Below are positions 1-9,136 of a DNA stretch of 64,000 bases, piece by piece (the first letter of the stretch is position 1; every line of letters begins with the position of its first letter). Source of the stretch: Candidatus Eiseniibacteriota bacterium (GTDB lineage: Bacteria > Eisenbacteria > RBG-16-71-46); assembly GCA_044223005.1 (NCBI GenBank), contig JBGAML010000005.1, forward strand, positions 1-64,000, in the 5' to 3' direction. The notes under the pieces were generated by a model. That model was not told where the DNA came from, searched no databases, and saw only the letters and a program-made list of their open reading frames with translations. Made by a program: the position numbers and the translations under genes.

Positions 1-161
1 AGCTGATGGATCGGCCGCAGACGGTGAGAGAGATGCTGCACGGGCGACTGTTCCCGGCGCGGCTCGCGGTGCCGGAGCGGTGGGGGCAGTACTACTGGCG
101 CGAGATCGAGACGCGCGAGATCCCGAACGGGGACCGGGCGCTGCGGAAGTACGCGATGTAG
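1..161 (+). CDS. 3' end of a gene truncated by the window edge; possibly an IS1-like transposase C-terminus
   Basis: Frame from nt 3 reads LMDRPQTVREMLHGRLFPARLAVPERWGQYYWREIETREIPNGDRALRKYAM* (TAG 159-161). The transposase resemblance is from recollection only. Confidence 0.45.
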   Translation, partial: LMDRPQTVREMLHGRLFPARLAVPERWGQYYWREIETREIPNGDRALRKYAM

Positions 162-181
162 CGGCGGGCCGGACAACGGCT

Positions 182-212
182 CGGGGCCCGCACCACGTGG
201 GTGCGGGCCCCG
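182..212. terminator. Hairpin between convergent genes
   Basis: cggggcccgcacc-acgtg-ggtgcgggccccg, 13-bp perfect stem. Confidence 0.6.
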
Positions 213-252
213 GTCACCTGCAATCTTCCGAGCACAACCTGTCGCGAGAGGC

Positions 253-1128
253 TCAGGACATCGTCTGGATGACGACGTGCTTCACGGTGCGGAACGCCTG
301 GGCGTCCAGGATCCGCAGCTCGACTTCCTTGCCGACCGGCACGAGCGAGTAGCTGGCCGCCGGCTGCGCGCTCAGGACGCGGGCCTTCGGCGAGGGAATG
401 TGGATCACGTTGTCGTGGTCCGTGTCGATCGGCGTGAACACGCTCGCCGGGACCTGGCCCGACGGCGTGAGCGTGGTCCCGAGGCCGAGCAGTCCGCCCT
501 TCGAGACGATGGTGCCGTTCTTCACCAGCTCCGTGCGCGAGCCGACGACGTAGTAGACCGTGCTCATCTCGGTCCGCTGCGTGTCGATCGTCTGCTTCTG
601 GTCGGCCATCATCGTCTGGTCCTGCTGCACCTGCGCGGTCAGGCCTCCGACCTGCGTGTGCAGCGAGTCGACCTGGCCCGACAGCTGGGCGATGAGCGCT
701 TCCTTCTCGCCGAGCGAGTTCTTGAGGTTCCCGATCAGCCGCTCGAGGCCGGCCATCTTGACGCCGTTGTGGTGCACGGTGCTCTCGAGCTGCTCGATGC
801 GCTGCTTCGTGCGCTGGATCCCTGCCTTGAGCAGGGCGATGCGGTCGAGCGCTTCGCGGCCGCGCAGGAGGGACAGGCCGCGCTCGGATTCGGGCGTGCC
901 GGGCAGCGTGGGATTGGTGGCTTCGCCGACGCCGAGGGCGCTGAGCGAATCCTGGATCTCGCCGATGGCGGTGAGGGCTTCGCCGTAGCGCGAATCGGCG
1001 GCGTCCTGGGCGGCCTTGAGCTGGCCGTTGTTCGTCGTCAGCTGCTGCACCTTCTGGTAGAAGACGACGCTGGTCGCGAGGAGCACGAGGGCGAGAAGGG
1101 TGACCGCGATGGCGATGGGCTTGCGCAT
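253..1128 (-). CDS. Membrane-anchored coiled-coil protein with C-terminal beta domain (Cbp1-like adhesin family resemblance)
   Basis: MRKPIAIAVTLLALVLL N-terminal TM, GGAG RBS, long heptad region, then YYVVGSRTELVKNG..KGGLLGLG..FTPID..ARVLSAQP..SYSL. Confidence 0.65.
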   Translation of the reverse strand: MRKPIAIAVTLLALVLLATSVVFYQKVQQLTTNNGQLKAAQDAADSRYGEALTAIGEIQDSLSALGVGEATNPTLPGTPESERGLSLLRGREALDRIALLKAGIQRTKQRIEQLESTVHHNGVKMAGLERLIGNLKNSLGEKEALIAQLSGQVDSLHTQVGGLTAQVQQDQTMMADQKQTIDTQRTEMSTVYYVVGSRTELVKNGTIVSKGGLLGLGTTLTPSGQVPASVFTPIDTDHDNVIHIPSPKARVLSAQPAASYSLVPVGKEVELRILDAQAFRTVKHVVIQTMS

Positions 1129-1356
1129 GTTTTCGTCTCCTTCGGTTCGGGCCAGGTCAGGCTGGGGAGTCGCCTGGCTCGCGGGTCGGGCCCTGGATCG
1201 GCCCATTTCCCGAGGTCGCGGCGCACCGCGGCGACGGGAACGTCTCCCGCTGACGAGAGGTTGATACACCACGGCGAGGGACAGCGTGCAAGGGAATGTG
1301 CCGGGAACGTCATGAACCGGAAAACCCTCATGCGATCCCGAGGACGCGATTCCAAA

Positions 1357-1394
1357 GCGAAGGCCGCCGGGACGCAGGTCCCGGCGGCCTTCGC
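1357..1394 (-). terminator. Intrinsic terminator downstream of glnS
   Basis: gcgaaggccgccgggac-gcag-gtcccggcggccttcgc 17-bp stem, followed by TTTGG on the minus strand. Confidence 0.75.
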
Positions 1395-1408
1395 GCGTGG
1401 ATCTCGGT

Positions 1409-3229
1409 TCAGCGGCCCTGTTTCTTCTCGATTCGCGCCCACGCGTCGCGGAGCGTGACGGCACGGTTGAAGACGGGCGCCTCGGGCCGGGACTCGCGCA
1501 CGTCGGGCACGAAGTAGCCGACGCGCTCGAACTGCAGCGGCTGGCCCGGTGTCGCGCTCGCGAGCGCGGGCTCGACCTTGCACGATTTCAGGACTTCGAG
1601 CGAGGACGGGTTGAGCCCGGACACGAAATCGGCGCCCTCGGGGAGGTCTTCCGGGTCTTCGTGGAGGAAGAGCGTGTCGTAGAGGCGGACTTCGGCGTCG
1701 ATGGCGTGCGCGGCCGACACCCAGTGGATCGTCGCCTTCACCTTGCGGCCATCGGGCGCGTTGCCGCTGCGCGTCTCCATGTCGCAGGTGGCGCGCACCT
1801 CGACGATCGCGCCCGTCGCCGGATCCTTCACGACGCCCGTGCAGCGCACGAGGTAGGCGCCGCGCAGCCGCACTTCCATCCCGGGGCTCAGCCGGAAGAA
1901 CTTGGGCGGCGGGACCTCCTGGAAGTCCTCCGCTTCGATCCACAGTTCGCGACCGAACGGCACCTGCCGCGTGCCCGCGGCCGGATCCTCGGGGTTGTTG
2001 CCGAGTTCGATCATGTCGACGCGGTCGGTCGGCCAGTTCTCGAGCACCACCTTGACCGGGCGCAGCACGGCCAGCCGCCGCAGCGCGATCCGATTCAGGT
2101 CCTCGCGCACGCACGCTTCGAGCAGGCCGAGCTCGGCGCGGTTCTCGCGGCGGCCGACGCCGATCCGCTCGGCGAAGTCGCGCAGTGCGGCCGCGGTGTA
2201 GCCGCGGCGGCGCATGCCGCTGATCGTGGGCATGCGCGGATCGTCCCAGCCGCTCACGTGGCCGTCGGTGACGAGTCGCAGCAGCTTGCGCTTGCTCACG
2301 ACCGTGTGCGTGACGTTGCGGCGAGCGAACTCGTACTGGTGCGGCAGCGGGCGCGGCAGCCCGGCCGCGTCGAGCAGCCAGTCGTAGAGCGGCCGGTGCG
2401 GAACGAACTCGAGCGTGCAGATGCTGTGCGTGATGCCCTCGATGTAGTCGGAATAGCCGTGAGCGAAATCGTACATGGGGTAGACGCACCAGCGGTCGCC
2501 GGTGTTGTGGTGCGTGGCGTGCCGGATCCGGTACAGGATCGGGTCGCGCAGCCATACGTTGGGCGACGACATGTCGATCTTCGCCCGCAGCGTGTGGCTG
2601 CCGTCGGGGAACTCGCCGGCGGTCATGCGCGCGAAGAGGTCGAGGTTCTCCTCGACGCCGCGGCCGCGCCAGCGGCTCTCCTCGCCGCGCTCGCCGGGGG
2701 CGCCGCGCATGCGATCGACTTCTTCCGGCGTGTGGTCGCAGACGAACGCCTTGCCCATGCGGATCAGCCGGAGCGCGAGCGCGTGCAGCGCTTCGAAATA
2801 GTCGGACGCCCGGAAGGCCTCGAGTTCGGTGCCGGCCGCCTGCGCGGTCATCACGGCGGGGAGGTGGAAGTCGTCGCCCTGCGCGCGCGCGGTCGCGCCA
2901 CGCGGCTTGAGGCCGAGGCAGTGATCCGCCCAGCCCGCGATCAACCACTTCACGTCCTCGACGATCGACTCCTCGTACTCGACGTCCTCCTTGGTCGGGT
3001 TCGTGTCGTCCATGCGCAGGTTGCACTGGCCGTCGAACTGGCGCGCGATGCCGAAGTTGAGGCAGATGGAGGTCGCGTGCCCGACGTGGAGATAGCCGTT
3101 GGGTTCCGGCGGGAAGCGCGTGACGACCTTGCGGACGGTGCCGGCGGCGAGGTCGGCCTTGACGATCTCGCGGATGAAGTCCTCGCGATCGTTGCTGGCT
3201 TCGGCGGCGGGGGTGTCGTGCTCGGACAT
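1409..3229 (-). CDS. glnS: Glutaminyl-tRNA synthetase
   Basis: TRFPPEPNGYLHVGH, RMDDTNP, YPMYDFAH, ITHSICTLEF, VSKRKL, GWDDPRMPTISGMRRRG, KVKATIHWVS, QFERVGYF. Confidence 0.96.
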   Translation of the reverse strand: MSEHDTPAAEASNDREDFIREIVKADLAAGTVRKVVTRFPPEPNGYLHVGHATSICLNFGIARQFDGQCNLRMDDTNPTKEDVEYEESIVEDVKWLIAGWADHCLGLKPRGATARAQGDDFHLPAVMTAQAAGTELEAFRASDYFEALHALALRLIRMGKAFVCDHTPEEVDRMRGAPGERGEESRWRGRGVEENLDLFARMTAGEFPDGSHTLRAKIDMSSPNVWLRDPILYRIRHATHHNTGDRWCVYPMYDFAHGYSDYIEGITHSICTLEFVPHRPLYDWLLDAAGLPRPLPHQYEFARRNVTHTVVSKRKLLRLVTDGHVSGWDDPRMPTISGMRRRGYTAAALRDFAERIGVGRRENRAELGLLEACVREDLNRIALRRLAVLRPVKVVLENWPTDRVDMIELGNNPEDPAAGTRQVPFGRELWIEAEDFQEVPPPKFFRLSPGMEVRLRGAYLVRCTGVVKDPATGAIVEVRATCDMETRSGNAPDGRKVKATIHWVSAAHAIDAEVRLYDTLFLHEDPEDLPEGADFVSGLNPSSLEVLKSCKVEPALASATPGQPLQFERVGYFVPDVRESRPEAPVFNRAVTLRDAWARIEKKQGR

Positions 3230-3338
3230 GGGGTCTTTCGGGGCGCGCGGTGGCGCGGAGGAAGCGAGCGGACGGCGGGGTTCGAACCGTCGAGATAACC
3301 CCATCCGGCGCGGGTCGTCCAGTCGACCCCCAACGCGC

Positions 3339-3368
3339 CGCGACCGCCCGGGGAGCGGGCGGTCGCGG
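3339..3368 (-). terminator. Hairpin downstream of the 239-aa secreted protein gene
   Basis: cgcgaccgccc-gggagc-gggcggtcgcg inverted repeat. Confidence 0.5.
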
Positions 3369-3403
3369 GGATCGATCGCGGGCGCGAGGACGCCGGCGAG
3401 GGA

Positions 3404-4123
3404 TCAGCGATAGATGGACTTCAGCGCTCCCCACGTGCTGCCGTGGGTCGAGGTCACGCAGTTGGGTGTGAGCGTGAGCGTCACGGACGTCATGCTCCAC
3501 CACGCGCCGAGCGTCCGCGTGGGCGAGCAGTCCGCGGCGAGCATGTCCGGGTAGCCGGCCGGCATCGTGCCGCCCAGGTCCGTCGTGCCGACGCGCGAGC
3601 CGTTGGCGATCGAGAACGCCATGCACGCGGCCGGGTAGGCGTCGAAATGGGCCGTCGCCTGGACGTTCGTCACCGCCGCGACGGGAACGCCCGCCACGTA
3701 GGTGATGGTCTCGAACTCGACGTACGAATCGAACGCGCCCGGATAGTCCGGATCGCCGTTCGCCCACGGGCCGGAACCGCTGAGCCAGAGCTTGCCGCCC
3801 ACGAACGGGCAGCGCCACGTCCGGTTGCCGTTGCCGTTGCCGTCGACGGTGTCGAGCAGGAGCGTCGCGGGCGCGGTGGTCACGCCGCAGGTGTACTTCC
3901 ACTCGGTGCCGAGCGCCGAGCCGTTCCAGGAACCGCAGTTCTGTGTCGTGCCGGCCAGCAGCGCGCCGCCGCCGGCGTCCCAGCCTTCGGTGTAGCGCCC
4001 GGTATTCAGCACGCCACCGAGGTCGGAGGACTGGTACGTGCCGGGAAGCGGGGCCCCGGCGAGTGCCGCGGACGCCAGCAGGCTGCCGAGCACGATGAGG
4101 GCGAGCGAAGCAAGGATCTTCAT
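3404..4123 (-). CDS. Secreted Cys-containing protein with C-terminal STWGALKSIYR motif
   Basis: Signal peptide MKILASLALIVLGSLLASAALA, GAGGAG RBS, conserved C-terminal tail shared with two other genes in the window. Confidence 0.85.
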   Translation of the reverse strand: MKILASLALIVLGSLLASAALAGAPLPGTYQSSDLGGVLNTGRYTEGWDAGGGALLAGTTQNCGSWNGSALGTEWKYTCGVTTAPATLLLDTVDGNGNGNRTWRCPFVGGKLWLSGSGPWANGDPDYPGAFDSYVEFETITYVAGVPVAAVTNVQATAHFDAYPAACMAFSIANGSRVGTTDLGGTMPAGYPDMLAADCSPTRTLGAWWSMTSVTLTLTPNCVTSTHGSTWGALKSIYR

Positions 4124-4215
4124 GGGTGATCTCCTCGTCGGATCGTGGGGAGTCGCGACGACGTCCTCGTCGCGCGGTCCGATTCGGAGTCTGCCCCGCG
4201 GCGTCGCGCGGGGCG

Positions 4216-4251
4216 ATGATCCGGGTCAACGGCGAACTTGATCTCCGTCAA
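4216..4251. promoter_or_regulatory. Two tandem FNR-type boxes
   Basis: ATGAT-ccgg-GTCAA (4216-4229) and TTGAT-ctcc-GTCAA (4238-4251) versus FNR consensus TTGAT-N4-ATCAA; 22 bp apart. Confidence 0.6.
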
Positions 4252-4967
4252 GTCGCGTCGGCACGTTCGCCCGCGAGCAGGCGCAGCCGGGACTCGTCGC
4301 GAATGCGAATCGTGTCGCGCGTGAGCGCGACCAGGCCGCGGCGCGCGAAGCCGTGCAGCGTGCGCGAGAGCGTCTCGGGTGTCGTGCCGACCATGCGCGC
4401 GAGATGCTTCCGCGAGAGGTCGAGCGCGCGGATCACGCCGCGCTCGCGGGCCGCCGGCCCAGTGGCCAGTCCGAGCACGGTGCGCGCCACGCGCTGGGAC
4501 ACGGGCCGGTGCACGAGGTCCATCATCAGTTCCTCGGAGTGCCGCAGTTCGCGGGCGAGTTTGGCGAGCATCTCGAGCGCGAACTCGGGGTCGTCGTGGA
4601 GCCGCTGGCGCACGTCGCTGGCGGGCACGATGCACAGCTGCGAGTCCTCGATCGCTTCCGCGCTGGCGTTGTACGGCTCGCCCGCGAGCACGGGCCGGTA
4701 GCCGAGGATCTCGCCGGGACCGAGCAGCCGCAGCACCTGCTCCTCGCCGCCCGGGAGCGTCGTGAAGACGCGCAGGCGTCCGGAACGGATCACGTAGAGG
4801 TGTTCGGCGGGCGCCCCGGCGTAGAACACCACCTGTCCGCGGCGGAACGGGTGGGAGACGCGATGGCGCACGAGCGAACGGGCCGGATCGTCGTGGTGGC
4901 GACAGAGCAGGCCGGTGGCGCGCGCAGCACACCGCAGGCAGGAAGGGCGTGGGGCTCGGGGGACCAT
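4248..4967 (-). CDS. Crp/Fnr family transcriptional regulator with N-terminal Cys cluster
   Basis: CLRC..LLC N-terminus, cNMP-binding fold (LYVIRSGRLRV..GPGEILG), HTH with TTPETLSR. Confidence 0.9.
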   Translation of the reverse strand: MVPRAPRPSCLRCAARATGLLCRHHDDPARSLVRHRVSHPFRRGQVVFYAGAPAEHLYVIRSGRLRVFTTLPGGEEQVLRLLGPGEILGYRPVLAGEPYNASAEAIEDSQLCIVPASDVRQRLHDDPEFALEMLAKLARELRHSEELMMDLVHRPVSQRVARTVLGLATGPAARERGVIRALDLSRKHLARMVGTTPETLSRTLHGFARRGLVALTRDTIRIRDESRLRLLAGERADAT

Positions 4968-5098
4968 CGCCGGAATTCTGGCCGATCCGACGCCCGACCG
5001 GCAAGTCCACCTCTCCCGGGGGAGACGTGCGGCCGGACCGCCCTGGGCCTAAGGTGCGGTCACGTTCTTCATCGCCGCGCGGTCCTCGGGGACATCCC

Positions 5099-5746
5099 AT
5101 GCGTCGCTTCCGTTCGTCGTTCGCCACCCTGCACTTCGCGCTCCTCGCCCTCCTCGCCCTCCTCGCGTCCGCCGGGTGTTCCTCCAGCCCGCTGCACGGC
5201 GTCCACGGCAGCCCCGTGATCGGGCACCTCGTGGACAGCGTGCGCGTACGCGAGGTCGCGCCGGGGCAGCCCGATGCCGATTTCGCCTTTCGCGCGTCGC
5301 CCGGGCACGTCCTGTTCGTCTTCTTCGGCTATGCGCACTGCCCGGACATCTGCCCGACGACGCTCTCGGACCTGCGCCGCGCGCTCAAGCGCCTGGGGCC
5401 CGATTCCGCGCGCGTCGAAGTGGCGTTCGTGACCGTCGACCCGGGGCGCGACAGCGCGGCGATCCTCGTGCCGTTCCTCGCCAACTTCGTTCCCGGGACG
5501 CGGGCGCTGCAACCGCGCTCGCAGCCGGAACTCGCCGCGGCCGAACGGGCCTTCGGCGCCACGTCCTCGGTCGTGTTGCGGGGCGACGGCAACATCGAGG
5601 TGAGCCATACGGGCTCGAGCTACGTCGTCGACCCCGGCGGCCGCGTGCTCGTGGAGTGGGCGTACGGAATCGCGCCGGCGGACATGGCGGCGGACCTCCG
5701 CACCCTGCTGAGGGTCGTCCCGGCGGCCAACGCCGAGACTCGCTGA
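5099..5746 (+). CDS. SCO1/SenC family copper chaperone (lipoprotein)
   Basis: Lipobox LASAGC, FFGYAHCPDICP, VTVDPGRD, conserved His in SHTG. Confidence 0.9.
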   Translation: MRRFRSSFATLHFALLALLALLASAGCSSSPLHGVHGSPVIGHLVDSVRVREVAPGQPDADFAFRASPGHVLFVFFGYAHCPDICPTTLSDLRRALKRLGPDSARVEVAFVTVDPGRDSAAILVPFLANFVPGTRALQPRSQPELAAAERAFGATSSVVLRGDGNIEVSHTGSSYVVDPGGRVLVEWAYGIAPADMAADLRTLLRVVPAANAETR

Positions 5747-5794
5747 CGCCACGTCGTGCACGAAGGGTTGCCGCGGATCGGGCGGCCGGAACGG

Positions 5795-5829
5795 CGAAGG
5801 GCCGGGTGCGTGACGCACCCGGCCCTTCG
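5795..5829. terminator. Bidirectional hairpin ending the large operon and the SCO gene
   Basis: cgaagggccgggtgcg-tga-cgcacccggcccttcg 16-bp perfect stem between convergent stops. Confidence 0.75.
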
Positions 5830-5843
5830 TGTTCCGGTCGCGA

Positions 5844-7073
5844 TCAGTTCGGCGGGGTGAACACGAACGGCGCCTGGAACGTCGTGACGCCGCCGTCGAC
5901 CGCCGGGAACTTCCAATCGCGGATCTGCGCCAGCGCGCACGAGCTCAGCTTTTCGGAGCCGACGGTGTTCTGCACCACGCGCGCGTCGACGACATCGCCG
6001 GCTCCCGACACGCTGATCGCGACGATCAGCTTGCCGCGCAGCGTGGCGTCGTGCTTGAGCTCGTTGCCGTAGCAGTACTGGATGCCGGCGGAGTAGCGCC
6101 GGATGACGGCGAGCAGCGACGCATTGCTGCGGTACACGCCGGGACCGGCGCCACCGCCACCGCCTTCGCCACCACCACCGCTGCCGCGCCCGTAGCGGCC
6201 ACCGACGCCGCCTCCCGAGCCGCCGCCGTAGCCGCCGCCGCTGCCGGTGCCGGGACCCGTGCCGGTGCCGATGCCACCGCCCGTGCCGCCACCGTAGCCG
6301 CCGCCGGATCCGCCCACCGAGCCGCCGCCGCCCCAGCCGCCGCCCGCACCGCCGCGCACGGCCTGGTCGCCGAGCGGGACGAGCGAGCCGACGACGACCG
6401 AGCCGGCGAGGTCCGCCGAGGCACCACCGGCACCGGCGCCGCCGTCGCGACCGCCGGGGACGCCGCCCACGTCCGCCGACGCCGCACGCACGACGCGCAC
6501 TCGGCCGCCGCTCGGGCTCGCGCCCGCGCTGGCCGTCATCGTCGCGGTGCCCAGCGACGCGGTGAGTCCGTCGAGCGCCGAGTTCAGCGAGCGCGTCGAG
6601 CCCGCGATCGCACCGCCGACGTCGGCGACCGCACGCGCGCGACCGGCCGCGCCGGCGCCGACCGCGAGTCCGCCCGGCGCCGCCGAGATGCGGCCGCCCG
6701 CGCGCAACGGACCCGGTTCGAGGTTGCGGTTCGCGTCCGTGATCGGCGTGCCGCCGCCGCCCGGACCGCCGACGCCGCCACCGCCTTCCTTCCCGGGCGC
6801 GCCGAAGGTGCCGGCGCCCTTCACCGCCGTCACGACCGGCAGGTGGGGCAGCGGCTTCGACGTGACGGGCTTCGGCGGCTCGAGCAGCAGCTTCGCGAAG
6901 CGCGGCGGCAGCTGCTCGACCTTCGTGATCGGCTTCTCGCGCACGGGCACGAGCAGTACGCCGACCACGAGGACGGCACCGATCGCCGCCGACGTGACGA
7001 GACAGCGCCGGAAGAGTTCGTCCTCCGGATCCCAGAAGGGCCGGCGGTACGCCGAGATCGCCCAGGTCGTCAT
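5844..7073 (-). CDS. AgmX/PglI-type TonB C-terminal domain protein (GltG/GltJ-like) with Gly-rich linker
   Basis: Single TM, Gly-rich linker, C-terminal VIRR..AGIQYCYGNELKHDATLRGKL..SCALAQIRDWKFP..PFVFTP. Confidence 0.85.
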   Translation of the reverse strand: MTTWAISAYRRPFWDPEDELFRRCLVTSAAIGAVLVVGVLLVPVREKPITKVEQLPPRFAKLLLEPPKPVTSKPLPHLPVVTAVKGAGTFGAPGKEGGGGVGGPGGGGTPITDANRNLEPGPLRAGGRISAAPGGLAVGAGAAGRARAVADVGGAIAGSTRSLNSALDGLTASLGTATMTASAGASPSGGRVRVVRAASADVGGVPGGRDGGAGAGGASADLAGSVVVGSLVPLGDQAVRGGAGGGWGGGGSVGGSGGGYGGGTGGGIGTGTGPGTGSGGGYGGGSGGGVGGRYGRGSGGGGEGGGGGAGPGVYRSNASLLAVIRRYSAGIQYCYGNELKHDATLRGKLIVAISVSGAGDVVDARVVQNTVGSEKLSSCALAQIRDWKFPAVDGGVTTFQAPFVFTPPN

Positions 7074-7579
7074 GCCGAGGCCTCCCGGGACTTCTTGAGG
7101 ACGGCGAGCGAGATGTCCTCGAAGCCGCTCTGGTTGACGGTGTACATCACGCGCTGCAGCACGCGGAACTCGACCGTCGCGTCCCCCTGCACCGTCACGA
7201 TGTGATGCGACGGGGCCTCGCCCTTGCGGCGGGAGAGATCGTCGGCCTGCGCGCGCGCTTCCTGCAGGCGGGCGGCGAGCGGCTCGATCAGCATCCCGTC
7301 GCCGTTCATCACCTCCGACACCGTCGCGACGCGATCGCTGCCGACGAGGATGGCGTCGTGATCCACGACGACCACCACCGACGACTGCATGGCCGCTTCC
7401 GCGGTCGACTTGGGCAGCGCCAGGCCCGGCGGCGGAGCCGTGGTGTCGCCGCCCGCGACGAAGCTCTTCAGCACGAAGAAGAGCAGCGTCGTGAGGATGT
7501 CCGTCATGGACACCATGCTGATGCCGCCGCTGGTCTTCAGCCGGTCGGCGAAGCGCTTCTTCCTGCCGCGCGTCCGCAT
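7070..7579 (-). CDS. ExbD/TolR family protein (AglS-like)
   Basis: SMTDILTTLLFFVL TM with conserved Asp, LPKS, VQGDATVEF..VMYT..GFEDISLAV. Confidence 0.9.
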   Translation of the reverse strand: MRTRGRKKRFADRLKTSGGISMVSMTDILTTLLFFVLKSFVAGGDTTAPPPGLALPKSTAEAAMQSSVVVVVDHDAILVGSDRVATVSEVMNGDGMLIEPLAARLQEARAQADDLSRRKGEAPSHHIVTVQGDATVEFRVLQRVMYTVNQSGFEDISLAVLKKSREASA

Positions 7580-7580
7580 G

Positions 7581-8063
7581 TCACGCTCCCCGCAGCGCCG
7601 CGGCTTCCAGCGCCGTCTGCGTGAGCCCGGTGGCGCGCGCGAGGTCCATCAGCGCCACGAGCTCCTGGTAATGGACCGAAGGTCCGGACACGATCCGCAC
7701 GTCCTGCAGCTCGGGATGCGCCGCGACGACGTCCGCGAGCACGCGCGTGAGCTGCGCCGCGGCGTCGGCCGTGGGGCCGTCACCGCCGGTCGTGCGCGCG
7801 ACGCTGCCGAGGACGACGCCGTCACCTTCGATCACGTACGCCCCGTCGTGAATCACGAGCGCGAGGTCGTAGTCGTGGTGCTCGGATGCCGCACCGCTCG
7901 CCGCGACGGGCGAGGGCGACATCTCGATCACCCGGATCTCGACGAAGACGGCCGACATGAGCAGCATCGGGATCAGGACGATGAACACGTTCATGAGCGG
8001 CCGCAGCTCGAGCGCGTCGACCGCTTCCTCCCGGGCGATGGTTCCGCCGCGACGCCGGCGCAT
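7581..8063 (-). CDS. ExbD/TolR family protein (AglQ-like)
   Basis: LELRPLMNVFIVLIPMLLMSAVF TM (Asn in place of Asp), VHYQELVALMDLAR. Confidence 0.85.
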   Translation of the reverse strand: MRRRRGGTIAREEAVDALELRPLMNVFIVLIPMLLMSAVFVEIRVIEMSPSPVAASGAASEHHDYDLALVIHDGAYVIEGDGVVLGSVARTTGGDGPTADAAAQLTRVLADVVAAHPELQDVRIVSGPSVHYQELVALMDLARATGLTQTALEAAALRGA

Positions 8064-8066
8064 GGC

Positions 8067-8795
8067 TCAGCGCGCTCCGCCGGCCGCCACGCGCGGCGCC
8101 ATCGCCGGCGCGCCGTCGGCCGCGAGCCGCTGGCCGTGCGCCGCGGGAACCGCCACGGCGTGCTGGCCGCGCGAGACGAGGATCGCGTTGGCGAGACGGA
8201 TGCCGACTTCGTCGACCTGCTCCGAAACGCTCTCGACCATGCCCACGAGCCAGCCATGCAGCAGCAGTGCCGGGACGGCGATCAGGAGGCCGAGCGCCGT
8301 CGCGTTGAGGCCCGTCGAGATGCCGGCCGCGAGGAACGCCGAGCGCTGCGCGGGGTCGGCCGCGCCGACGCCGGCGAACGCGGTGATGAGCCCCGAGATG
8401 GTGCCGAGGAGGCCGAGCAGCGTCGCGACGTTCGCGAGCAGGCTCAGCTGCCCGAGCCGGCGCGTGAGGGCGGGGAGCGCCAGCGTCGCCGCGTCGTCGG
8501 CCGCCGCCTGCATCATGGCGTGGTCGCCGTCGGCGTGCTGCAGCACCGCCTGCGCCACCTGCGCCACGGGCGCGTTCGACACCCGGGCCAGCTGGCGCGC
8601 CGTCGTGAGATCGCCGCGACGTGCCGCCTGCACGAGGTCGTCGGTGAACTTGCGGCCGTTCAGGCTCGCGGCCTTCTGGATCACCACGAACCGCTCCGCG
8701 GCGATCGCCAGGATCACCACGCCGGTGGCGAGGATGAAATAGACGGGGACGCCGCCTTCCTTGAAGAAGTTCGCGACCATCGAGAGCTCGTTCAT
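8067..8795 (-). CDS. MotA/TolQ/ExbB proton channel protein (AglR-like)
   Basis: FFKEGG..IAAERF, ANVATLLGLLGTISGLI, LAAGISTGLNATALGL. Confidence 0.92.
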   Translation of the reverse strand: MNELSMVANFFKEGGVPVYFILATGVVILAIAAERFVVIQKAASLNGRKFTDDLVQAARRGDLTTARQLARVSNAPVAQVAQAVLQHADGDHAMMQAAADDAATLALPALTRRLGQLSLLANVATLLGLLGTISGLITAFAGVGAADPAQRSAFLAAGISTGLNATALGLLIAVPALLLHGWLVGMVESVSEQVDEVGIRLANAILVSRGQHAVAVPAAHGQRLAADGAPAMAPRVAAGGAR

Positions 8796-9136
8796 CGCTG
8801 GGTCTCCTTGTCGTTCCGGGTGGTGTTGGGATGTGTGACGATCCATGTGGGCAGGCCCTGCGGGCCCGCCGGCCCGTCGCGCCGGTAGCGGCGGTGCTGG
8901 AACTCGAGGTAGCGCCGCTGGTCGCGTGCGGTGATGAAGAGCACCTGGGGGACGGGGATCTCGCCCTCGATGTGGATGTCCTCGAGGCGACGGGATCCCG
9001 GGGTCGTCGGAGCCGCCGGGGTGGCCGCGGGTTTCGCCGCAGGCTTCGCGGCGGCCGGGCGGCGCGAAGCCGCGGCGCGCGCGTCGGCGGTGGCCACCAG
9101 CACGAGCAGCAGCGCGAGGGCGAGCGGGCGCTTCAT
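8792..9136 (-). CDS. Small secreted GltF/CglF-like protein
   Basis: Signal peptide, Ala/Pro linker, LEDIHIEGEIPVPQVLFI motif; position between TPR gene and ExbB as in glt clusters. Confidence 0.55.
   Translation of the reverse strand: MKRPLALALLLVLVATADARAAASRRPAAAKPAAKPAATPAAPTTPGSRRLEDIHIEGEIPVPQVLFITARDQRRYLEFQHRRYRRDGPAGPQGLPTWIVTHPNTTRNDKETQR

Noticed and set aside
1287..1304. Sigma54-like CGGCAC..TTGCA on the minus strand upstream of gene 253-1128
   Set aside because: Spacing is GG-N11-GC rather than the strict N10.
6140..6480. ccgccg-rich repetitive DNA
   Set aside because: Encodes the Gly-rich linker of the TonB-C protein; not a CRISPR array or independent repeat.
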